This document shows, one piece after another, positions 1-17,937 of a stretch of 32,000 nucleotides of DNA; the stretch's first letter is position 1, and each line of letters starts with the position of its first letter. The translations under genes were made by a program, and so were the position numbers. The notes below the pieces were generated by a model. That model was not told where the DNA came from. It saw only the letters and a list, made by a program, of their open reading frames with translations, and ran no database searches. The DNA is from Pseudomonas aeruginosa (GTDB lineage: Bacteria > Pseudomonadota > Gammaproteobacteria > Pseudomonadales > Pseudomonadaceae), in NCBI RefSeq assembly GCF_001457615.1, contig NZ_LN831024.1, positions 2,820,001 to 2,852,000 of the forward strand. Direction: 5' to 3'.

Positions 1-2
1 AC

Positions 3-10505
<10,503 letters not shown>

Positions 10506-10514
10506 CGAAGCTTT

Positions 10515-10537
10515 GGCCGGCCCCGCCGGGGCCGGCC
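10515..10537. repeat. Perfect GC-rich stem-loop between the NRPS and the hydrolase gene
   Basis: GGCCGGCCCC-GCC-GGGGCCGGCC, a 10-bp stem with a 3-nt loop and no following T-run. Confidence 0.8.
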
Positions 10538-10553
10538 CGTTGGAGACTATGAA

Positions 10554-11519
10554 ATGGCCTTGAACCCCGATATCGCGGCATACCTGGAACTGGTCGGCAA
10601 CGGCCGCAGCAGTGGCAAGAGCCTGCCCATGCACCAGTTGACGGTGCAACAGGCACGCGAGCAGTTCGACCAGTCGTCGGCGTTGATGGACCCAGGCCTC
10701 GACGAGCCGCTGCCGCGCGTCGAGACGCTGTTCGTCCCGGCGCGGGACGGTACGCCGTTGCCGGCGCGCCTCTACAGTCCCCAGGGGCTGTCCGCGTCGC
10801 CGCCGTTGCCGGGCGTGCTCTACCTGCATGGCGGCGGCTACGTCGTCGGCAGCCTGGACTCCCACGACGCGCTGTGCGCCAGCCTGGCCGAGCGCGCCGG
10901 TTGCGTGGTGCTTTCTCTGGCCTACCGGTTGGCCCCGGAGTGGCGTTTTCCGACCGCCGCCGAGGACGCCGAGGATGCCTGGTGCTGGTTGGCTGCCGAA
11001 GCCGCGCGGCTAGGCATCGATCCGCAACGCCTGGCGGTTGCCGGCGACAGCGTCGGCGGCAGTCTGTGCGCGGTGTTGTCGCATCGCTTGGCGCTGCGGG
11101 GAGACGCCTCGCAACCGCGTCTGCAGGTACTGATCTACCCGGTCACCGATGCCAGCCGCACGCGCCAATCGATCGAGCGTTACGCCGTTGGCCACCTGTT
11201 GGAGAAGGACAGCCTGGAGTGGTTCTACCAGCACTACCAGCGTAGCCCCGAGGACCGTCAGGACCCGCGTTTCTCGCCGCTGCTCGGCGTGGTGCCGGCT
11301 GACCTGGCGCCGACGTTGCTGCTGGTCGCGGAGTGCGACCCGTTGCATGACGAGGGCATCGCCTATGCCGAGCACCTGCGCCAGGGCGGCGCCCGGGTGG
11401 AGTTGTGCGTCTATCCGGGGATGACCCATGACTTCCTGCGCATGGGTGCGATCGTCGACGAGGCGGACGAAGCCAAGGACATGATCGCCGACGCGCTGGT
11501 GGCGGCCCTGGCACCCTGA
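10554..11519 (+). CDS. HSL-family (hormone-sensitive lipase-like) alpha/beta hydrolase/esterase, 321 aa
   Basis: Oxyanion motif LHGGGYVVGS, nucleophile motif GDSVGGS, putative acid in AECDPLHDEG and catalytic His in PGMTHDFLRM. Starts 48 bp after the NRPS stop on the same strand. Confidence 0.88.
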   Translation: MALNPDIAAYLELVGNGRSSGKSLPMHQLTVQQAREQFDQSSALMDPGLDEPLPRVETLFVPARDGTPLPARLYSPQGLSASPPLPGVLYLHGGGYVVGSLDSHDALCASLAERAGCVVLSLAYRLAPEWRFPTAAEDAEDAWCWLAAEAARLGIDPQRLAVAGDSVGGSLCAVLSHRLALRGDASQPRLQVLIYPVTDASRTRQSIERYAVGHLLEKDSLEWFYQHYQRSPEDRQDPRFSPLLGVVPADLAPTLLLVAECDPLHDEGIAYAEHLRQGGARVELCVYPGMTHDFLRMGAIVDEADEAKDMIADALVAALAP

Positions 11520-11538
11520 GACTTCGGCATTCGCCATG

Positions 11539-11573
11539 AAAAAACCCGCCAGGTTCTCCTGGCGGTTTTTTTT
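11539..11573. terminator. Rho-independent, potentially bidirectional terminator between the hydrolase gene and fpvA
   Basis: AAAAAAC-CCGCCAGG-TTCT-CCTGGCGG-TTTTTTTT: 8-bp stem flanked by an A-run and a T-run between convergent genes. Confidence 0.92.
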
Positions 11574-11618
11574 CATGAAGGCTGGGGCGAGGGGAGGCCA
11601 GCGGCCTCCCGAGACGCC

Positions 11619-14090
11619 TTACCAGTTGTAGGTCAGGTCGGTGGTGATGGTACGGCCCTGGCCGTAGTAGCAGTCGAGATCAGAGGAGCAACGGCTGACA
11701 TACTTCTTGTCCTCGAGGTTCTCCAGGTTGACCTGCACCTTCAGGCCTTTCACCTGCAGCGGGGATTTCTCGAAGTCGTAGGACAGCTTGCCGTCGTACA
11801 GCGTGTAGGACGGGATGGTGAAGTGGCCGTCGGCGGTTTCGGTGCCGTCGCTGCCGCGGGTGTAGCGCGCGCCGATCCCCGCGCCGAGGCCGGCGAACGC
11901 GGTATCCGCGCCGAGGGTGTAGTCCAGCCAGACCGCGGCGGTCATCGGCGGCGTGCCGGCCGGATGGCGGCCTTTGCGCCCGTCGTTGTCCTTGGTGTAT
12001 TTGATGTCGTTGCGCGAGAACGAGGCGATGACATCGAGATTGTTGGTCAGGCTGGCCTTGCCTTCCAGCTCGAAGCCCTTGGAGCGCATGGCGCCGGACT
12101 GCTTGCTGAAGTTGGGGTTCAGCAGATCGGTGGTGAGCACGTTCTTCTTGTCGATCTGGTAGACCGACATTTGGATGAAACTGTTCTGCCCCGGCGGCTG
12201 GTACTTGATGCCGGCCTCGTACTGCTTGCCGGTGGTCGGCTTGAAGGCCTTGTTGCCTTCGTCCATGTTCAACCCGCCGACCGGCTGGAACGACTCGGAG
12301 TAGCTGACATAGGGCACGATGCCGTTGCTGAACTCGTAGCCGAAGCCGGCGCGGCCGCTGAACTTCTCGTCCTTCGCGTCGACCTTGCCGCCGGTTTCCT
12401 TGGTGTCGGTCTTGGCCCAGTCATAGCGTCCGCCGAAGGTCAGGAACCACTGGTTCCATTTCATCTGGTCCTGCAAGTAGATTCCGGTTTGGTCGGTGGT
12501 GCGGTTCCAGCGATAGGGATTGGTGAAGGTGAACTTGCTGCCGTACACCGGCTTGTACAGATCGATGATCGTGGTGGGTTCCTGGTTCGAGTAGAGACCG
12601 AAGAACTTGGATTTGAAGTGGTAGTAGTCAATACCGATCAGCGCGGTGTGATCGATCGCGCCGGTCTTGAATTTGGCCTGGGCCATGTTGTCCATGCCGA
12701 AGGCCTTGTTGGTCTGCGACCAGTCCACGCCATAGCGCGTGGCATAGCGTCGGTCATCGGCACCGGTGTTCGGGTTGGGTACGAATCTGTAACCGTGCAG
12801 TGGCGCCACGTATTGGTCGTCGAGATAGGCGTAGCGGGTGTTCTGCTTGAAGGTCCAGACATCGTTGAGTTCGTGGCTGAACTCATAGCCGAACACGAAC
12901 TGGTCGCGGTCATAGGAGTTCAGCCCCGGCTCGCCGATGAAGGTGCTGCGCTTGATCCGCCCGTTGGGCGTACTGAACACCGTGCCGTAGGCCGGCAGGC
13001 CTTGGGCCTCGGGCACGTCGTTGTCCTTCTGGTACTGGCCGTAGAAGGTCAGGCTGGTCTGCTCGTTGGGGTTCCAGGTAAAGCTCGGCGCCAGCATGAA
13101 GCGTTTCTGCTCGGCATAGTCGATCTCCGAGTTGATGTCCCGGCCCACACCGGTCAGCCGGTACAGGTAGGTGCCCTGTTCATCGAGCGCGCCGCCGACG
13201 TCGAAGGCGCCGTAGCGGCGGTCCTGGCTGCCGCCGCCGAGCACCACTTCGCGGATCGGGGTGGCGGTGGGACGCTTGGACACCATGTTGACGATGCCGC
13301 CCGGTTCGTTCTGGCCGTAGAGCACCGATGCCGGCCCCTTCAGCACCTCGATGCGTTCCAGGGTATAGGGGTCGATCTGCAGGGCACCGCCGGTACTGCC
13401 GCCGCCGTAGGGCATGTGCAGGCCGTCGAGGTACATCGGCGCCGGGCTGAAGCCGCGCGAGGTCGGCTCGTCGAAGATCTTCACCCGGTCGGCGAAGCCG
13501 CCGCCGGTGATCCCCGGAGTGTAGCGCAGGGCCTCGGTGACGGTCTGCGAACCGCGCGCCTTGATCTCATCCTGGGTGACCACGTTGATGGTCTGGGGGA
13601 TTTCCTTGAGCGGGGTGTCGGTCTTGGTGCCGGTACCGCTGCGCTTGGCCACGTAGCCGTTGACGTGGCCCCAGGCCGACTCCTGGCTGGTGACGGTAAT
13701 GTCGCCGAGGTCCACCGAGTCCGCCGAGCGCTGGGCGCTGATGGTAACGCTGGAGCCTTGCAGGCTGTAGCTGGCGCCGGTACCGCGGAGAAGTTCGGCG
13801 AGAGCCGCCTCGACGCTCAGTTGGCCGCGGACCGGGTTGCTGCGCAGGCCTTGCACTTCATCGGCGCTGTAAAGCACCTGCAACTGGCTCTGCTGGCCGA
13901 ACTGGCGCAGGGCGCTGGGCAGGGACTGGGCGCCGATGTCGAACTGGATCTTCTGCGCTTCGGCCTGGCTGGCGATCGGCGCCAACAGGGCCATGGCCAG
14001 GGCGGCGGTGCTCAGGCGCGGATGCAGCGTCAGGGTGTTGCGCATCACTAGAGCCTTGGTGAAACGGGGGAGTGTGCGGAGTGCTGGCAT
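11619..14090 (-). CDS. fpvA: TonB-dependent ferric-pyoverdine receptor of the divergent FhuA/FoxA-like type, with N-terminal signalling (STN) domain
   Basis: Signal peptide, STN-like KIQFDIGAQSLPSALRQFGQQSQLQVLYSADEVQG, plug motifs (QTINVVTQDEI, VLKGPASVLYGQNEPGGIVNMVSKRP) and a C-terminal beta strand ending in W. The start was moved from 14117 to the ATG at 14090 (MPALRTLPRFTKALVMR...). Confidence 0.9.
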   Translation of the reverse strand: MPALRTLPRFTKALVMRNTLTLHPRLSTAALAMALLAPIASQAEAQKIQFDIGAQSLPSALRQFGQQSQLQVLYSADEVQGLRSNPVRGQLSVEAALAELLRGTGASYSLQGSSVTISAQRSADSVDLGDITVTSQESAWGHVNGYVAKRSGTGTKTDTPLKEIPQTINVVTQDEIKARGSQTVTEALRYTPGITGGGFADRVKIFDEPTSRGFSPAPMYLDGLHMPYGGGSTGGALQIDPYTLERIEVLKGPASVLYGQNEPGGIVNMVSKRPTATPIREVVLGGGSQDRRYGAFDVGGALDEQGTYLYRLTGVGRDINSEIDYAEQKRFMLAPSFTWNPNEQTSLTFYGQYQKDNDVPEAQGLPAYGTVFSTPNGRIKRSTFIGEPGLNSYDRDQFVFGYEFSHELNDVWTFKQNTRYAYLDDQYVAPLHGYRFVPNPNTGADDRRYATRYGVDWSQTNKAFGMDNMAQAKFKTGAIDHTALIGIDYYHFKSKFFGLYSNQEPTTIIDLYKPVYGSKFTFTNPYRWNRTTDQTGIYLQDQMKWNQWFLTFGGRYDWAKTDTKETGGKVDAKDEKFSGRAGFGYEFSNGIVPYVSYSESFQPVGGLNMDEGNKAFKPTTGKQYEAGIKYQPPGQNSFIQMSVYQIDKKNVLTTDLLNPNFSKQSGAMRSKGFELEGKASLTNNLDVIASFSRNDIKYTKDNDGRKGRHPAGTPPMTAAVWLDYTLGADTAFAGLGAGIGARYTRGSDGTETADGHFTIPSYTLYDGKLSYDFEKSPLQVKGLKVQVNLENLEDKKYVSRCSSDLDCYYGQGRTITTDLTYNW

Positions 14091-14124
14091 GCTCTCTAGT
14101 ACTCTTATGGATGTCATGATTGGG

Positions 14125-14137
14125 AATAATTGTTATT
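14125..14137. promoter_or_regulatory. Fur-like AT-rich palindrome upstream of fpvA
   Basis: AATAA-TTG-TTATT in the pvdE-fpvA gap. Confidence 0.45.
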
Positions 14138-14138
14138 T

Positions 14139-14149
14139 GGTTTCCCATT
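14139..14149 (-). promoter_or_regulatory. Candidate FpvI-type promoter element, AATGGGAAACC on the minus strand
   Basis: The identical 11-mer recurs at 28299-28309 in the fpvR/fpvI gap. Confidence 0.4.
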
Positions 14150-14216
14150 GAGACGTTTGGTCGGCGCGAAACCGGAAAACAAAAATCGTTTTTCCCGTGT
14201 TCGCAGGCAGAGCGCT

Positions 14217-15869
14217 TCAGGCCGGTTGCAGCTCCTCGACCACTCGACCGCCGGCCAGACGCAGCAGTTGGTCGGCGCTGTCGAAGTAGCGGTCGTCATG
14301 GGAGATCACGATGATGGTCTTGCCCATTCGCTTCAGCTCGGGAAGCAGCTCGGTGTAGAAGATCCGGCGGAAGGTGGGATCCTGGTCGGCGGCCCATTCG
14401 TCGAAGACCAGCACCGGGCGCTTCTCGATCCAGGCATTGACCAGCGCCAGGCGCTTGCGCTGGCCGGTGGAGAGGTCGGTGGTGGTGAAGCTGCCGTCGC
14501 TGACGCTGACCTTGTGGGCGATTTCCAGGCGCTTCAGGTAGCGCCCGGCTTCTTCCGGCAACTGTTGCTCGCCGTCGACGAGGTCGTCGAACAGGTAGTA
14601 GTCGGCGAACACGGTGGTGAACAGCTGACGATAGTCGTCGCGCGCCTGTGCCGTCACTTCCTCTCCGTTGAGCAGCAGCGAGCCCTCGTGGGGCGTGTAC
14701 AGCCCGAGCAACAGCTTGATCAGGGTGGTCTTGCCGCAGCCGTTCTCGCCGACGATGAAGAGGATCTCTCCCGGGCGGATCGTCAGGTTGACCGGGCCGA
14801 AGCGGAAGGGCGTCGAGCCCGGCACGCCCGGATAGCTGTAGCCGACATCGCGCAACTCGATGCTGCGCACCTCTTGAGCCGGTCTGGAGGCGTCGTTCTC
14901 GAGCAGCAGGTAGGGTTCGGGATTGGAGAACTGCTCGTTGAGTTCGGCGATCCGGCGCAGGGCGATACGGTTGCGACTGATCAGCGGCAACAGGCTGAGT
15001 ACGCTTTCCAGCGGCCCCTTCATGAACAGCAGGGTCATGACGAAGCCGCTGAGCACGCTGCGGTCGGAGGTCGGCCACCAGGTCTGGACCGCCAGGGCGG
15101 TGCCGATGACCACGAAGAACAGCAGCGAACCGAAGGTGCTGGCAGTGAGGAATATATTCACCGAACGCACCTGCAGGCGGCAGATGCGCTCCACGGTCTC
15201 GTCCAGCAGACGCCCGTGCAGGCGCTGCCGGCGCGGGCGGTTGATGCGCAGCTCCTTGGCTCCCTCGGCCATGCCGCGGTAGTGCTTCTGCAGCAAGTCT
15301 TCCTCTTCGCGCGCCGCTTCGAAACCGGCCATTCCATAGCCGCGGGCGATGTACTGGGCGATGGTGCCGAGCACCACGGCGCTGGCGGCGACCAGGAACA
15401 TCGGCAGCGACAGGGTGGCCAGGTAGCCCAGGCAGCCAAGGGTCACGGTCAGGGAGATCACCAGTTGCGGCAGGCCGAAGGCAAGATCGCTGACCGTATC
15501 GATGTCGTGGGTGAGCACCGGGATCAGGCGGTGCGTGCGATAGCGTTCGAGTTGTTCGATCGGGGCGGACAACACCCGGCCGCCGAGGGTCTTGCGCAGC
15601 CGGGCGATGACCTTCTGGCCGACGTAGTTGGTGCCGATGTTGGACAGGATCGAACTGAGCAGGGCCAGCGCGCAGATCGCGCTGAAAGCCAGCATCATGC
15701 CGCTGGTCATGCCGCCCTCGGCGTTCAGTACGCGGTTGATCGAGGTGAGCAGCGCGGTGATGGCCAGGCCGCCGACGATACCCAGTCCGATCGACAGGCT
15801 GAGCGCTGGCCAGAAGGGTTTGAGAATGCTCAGGAGTTCGCGAGTGGCGCTACGGGGTGTTGCGGACAT
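14217..15869 (-). CDS. pvdE: PvdE, pyoverdine precursor ABC exporter (fused membrane and ATPase domains)
   Basis: Walker A GENGCGKTTLIK, signature LSTGQRKRLAL, Walker B PVLVFDEW. Start set to MSATPRSATRELLSILKPFW, 550 aa. Confidence 0.95.
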   Translation of the reverse strand: MSATPRSATRELLSILKPFWPALSLSIGLGIVGGLAITALLTSINRVLNAEGGMTSGMMLAFSAICALALLSSILSNIGTNYVGQKVIARLRKTLGGRVLSAPIEQLERYRTHRLIPVLTHDIDTVSDLAFGLPQLVISLTVTLGCLGYLATLSLPMFLVAASAVVLGTIAQYIARGYGMAGFEAAREEEDLLQKHYRGMAEGAKELRINRPRRQRLHGRLLDETVERICRLQVRSVNIFLTASTFGSLLFFVVIGTALAVQTWWPTSDRSVLSGFVMTLLFMKGPLESVLSLLPLISRNRIALRRIAELNEQFSNPEPYLLLENDASRPAQEVRSIELRDVGYSYPGVPGSTPFRFGPVNLTIRPGEILFIVGENGCGKTTLIKLLLGLYTPHEGSLLLNGEEVTAQARDDYRQLFTTVFADYYLFDDLVDGEQQLPEEAGRYLKRLEIAHKVSVSDGSFTTTDLSTGQRKRLALVNAWIEKRPVLVFDEWAADQDPTFRRIFYTELLPELKRMGKTIIVISHDDRYFDSADQLLRLAGGRVVEELQPA

Positions 15870-15951
15870 GGGGTTTCCTCGGCGCGGCCGACTGGACGCA
15901 AGGGCAGAGAGGCGAATGGCGGAGTGGCGCACGCTCGCGCCTGCCCTGAAG

Positions 15952-15975
15952 ACGAGGCCGGGGAGGGGAAATTTA
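15952..15975 (-). promoter_or_regulatory. PvdS iron-starvation box for pvdE
   Basis: Minus strand TAAAT-N16-CGT, exact. Confidence 0.88.
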
Positions 15976-16024
15976 GCCTGTGGCGCTGCTTCGCCGAGGC
16001 GTCCGGCAAAAGCGCAGGGGACGA

Positions 16025-16048
16025 TAAATTCGGCGGCCGGCCGTTCGT
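16025..16048 (+). promoter_or_regulatory. PvdS iron-starvation box for pvdF
   Basis: TAAAT-N16-CGT, exact, about 110 nt upstream of the pvdF ATG. Confidence 0.88.
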
Positions 16049-16159
16049 TGCGTTTAAGTGAGAGCGACGCTCGAGCGGGTTCCCCGGGAAGCCCTTGTCG
16101 AGTCCAACACTGTGCCGGAGCACGCGCTCAAGTCCGACCCATTCCCTGAGAAAGACGAG

Positions 16160-16987
16160 ATGACGAAAAGGAAATTAGCCTATATCTGGTCCCTGAGAAA
16201 CGCCGCCGCCGACAAGGCCGGACAACAGGTGGCCTACAAGGGCGAGCTGCGCTACATGAAGTCCCCGCTGGAGTTTCTCGCCGAATCGCTGAACCGGACG
16301 GCGCTGGGGGACGCCTACGAATTGGTCGGGGTGATCTACGACGACGACCCGGAGCTGCCCCGCGACCAGCGGAAGATCGAGGACTACGGATTCGCCTACC
16401 GGCCTGGACAGCAGTGGTTCTACCCGGCGGAACTGGAGGTACAGGGGCGGCGCATGAACGATCTGCTGCTGAACGTGCCTTCCACCTACCGTCGCCACCC
16501 GCGCGGGAGCGCGGAGCATGTGGCCGGCAAGCGCGACTTCGAACGACGCCTGTACGAGACGCTGGTCGAGCTGCGCGCCGAGGTCGTCGTCCTCGACGGC
16601 CTGCTGGTCATCCTCGATGAGCTGGTGCGGCCCGGGGCGCCATTCGCCCGACGGATCATGAATATCCATCCCGGGGTCACGCGCGCCGACTCGCCCTACC
16701 AACGGCGCGGCGCCTGGGCGACCCTGGATGCATTGCATGGTGCGCGGGGTGAGAAGATCGTCGACTGGGCGACGATGGAAAGCGTACCGGTCGAACCCTT
16801 GTACCTGACCGGCGCCTCGTTCCACTACGTGGACAACGGCATCGATTCCGGCGAGGTCTTCCACGACGTGCTGAAAACGAAGATATCTCCCGACGACACC
16901 ATCCTCGAGCTGCGTTGGAACAACTTCAACGACAGTCTGTTCCCGGCCTTGCACGAAGGCCTGGCTCTGCTGGCCGAGAAGGACTGA
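16160..16987 (+). CDS. pvdF: PvdF, N5-hydroxyornithine formyltransferase, 275 aa
   Basis: MTKRKLAYIWSLRNAAADKAG...; formyltransferase-type IMNIHPGVTRADSPYQRRGAW. Start set to the ATG at 16160. Confidence 0.95.
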   Translation: MTKRKLAYIWSLRNAAADKAGQQVAYKGELRYMKSPLEFLAESLNRTALGDAYELVGVIYDDDPELPRDQRKIEDYGFAYRPGQQWFYPAELEVQGRRMNDLLLNVPSTYRRHPRGSAEHVAGKRDFERRLYETLVELRAEVVVLDGLLVILDELVRPGAPFARRIMNIHPGVTRADSPYQRRGAWATLDALHGARGEKIVDWATMESVPVEPLYLTGASFHYVDNGIDSGEVFHDVLKTKISPDDTILELRWNNFNDSLFPALHEGLALLAEKD

Positions 16988-17009
16988 AAACGCCTGGTCG
17001 CGGATGCGC

Positions 17010-17043
17010 AAAGGCCGGAGCGACCCGCGTCGCTCCGGCCTTT
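17010..17043. terminator. Bidirectional hairpin terminator between convergent pvdF and pvdO
   Basis: AAAGGCCGGAGCGAC-CCGC-GTCGCTCCGGCCTTT, a perfect 15-bp stem. Confidence 0.88.
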
Positions 17044-17054
17044 CTTCGTCCGCC

Positions 17055-17909
17055 TCAGAGTTCGCGGGCCACGCGGAAACCTATCCAGTCGCCACGGGCG
17101 TCGGGGTAGGCATTGTTGCGGTTGCCCGAGCGCGAGAAGATCGGCGGCTCGCCCCAGTCGTTGCCGCGGATCTGCACCAGCTCGCACTTGTCCTCCATCC
17201 ACGCGCTGCCGTCGCTCGGCGCGCCGTTGTAGTGGTCGTGCCAGCAGTCGGCGACCCACTCGTAGACGTTGCCGTGCATGTCGTAGACGCCGAAGGCGTT
17301 GGGCGGGAAGCTGCCCACCGGCGAGGTGAAGTTGTAGCCATCGCTGGCGCCGTAGGTGTTGGCGTGCTTGGCGATGCTGTATTCCTTGCCTTCGTCGAAC
17401 GGGAAGGGGAAGGGGCCGGCGCTGCCGGCGCGGGCGCCGTACTCGCGCTCGGCCTCGCTGAGCATGCGGTAGTGCTTGCCGGTCTTCTTCGACAGCCAGG
17501 CGGCGTAGTTCTTCACGTCGTTGTAGTCGACGCACACCGCCGGCTGGCGAGGGCCTTGCTGGTAGCGCGGCTTGCCGGCGATGCATTCGCGGCCGGGGCG
17601 GGTATCGCCGTCGGCCAGCTTGACGCCGGTGGCTTTCAGGTAGGCGTCCAGTTCGCCGGCGGTGACCTGGTAGCGGCTGATGGCGAACGGCTTGGCGAAG
17701 GTCACGTCGTGCAGCGGGCCCTCGTCGGGCTGGCGGCCGACCTCGTCGTCCGGGGTGCCCATGGTGAAGCTGCCGGCGGGCAGTACGACCATCTCCGGGC
17801 AGTCCTTGCAATCCTTGAACACCGTGCCGGGTTTCTTCGCTTCGTCGGCGAAGGCGGGGGCGGTGGCGACGATCAGTGCGGCCAGGGCCAGGGGCGATAA
17901 TGCGTGCAT
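17055..17909 (-). CDS. pvdO: PvdO, formylglycine-generating-enzyme-like periplasmic pyoverdine maturation protein
   Basis: Signal peptide, MVVLPAGSFTMGTP, FGVYDMHGNVYEWVADCW, GNRNNAYPDARGDWIGFRVAREL. Confidence 0.94.
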   Translation of the reverse strand: MHALSPLALAALIVATAPAFADEAKKPGTVFKDCKDCPEMVVLPAGSFTMGTPDDEVGRQPDEGPLHDVTFAKPFAISRYQVTAGELDAYLKATGVKLADGDTRPGRECIAGKPRYQQGPRQPAVCVDYNDVKNYAAWLSKKTGKHYRMLSEAEREYGARAGSAGPFPFPFDEGKEYSIAKHANTYGASDGYNFTSPVGSFPPNAFGVYDMHGNVYEWVADCWHDHYNGAPSDGSAWMEDKCELVQIRGNDWGEPPIFSRSGNRNNAYPDARGDWIGFRVAREL

Positions 17910-17937
17910 GGCGGTTCTCGTTGAGTGGCGAAAGGGG

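Noticed and set aside
11823-14051. 742-aa plus-strand ORF opposite fpvA
   Set aside because: Shadow ORF of a high-GC gene. The minus strand encodes a complete TonB-dependent receptor.
14161-14210. GGAAAACAAAAATCGTTTTTCCC as a terminator downstream of pvdE
   Set aside because: The arms only pair imperfectly (AAAA against TTTTT) with weak GC content. Not strong enough to call.
14130-16061. 643-aa plus-strand ORF opposite pvdE
   Set aside because: Antisense artefact. pvdE has full ABC motifs and a PvdS box upstream in the minus orientation.
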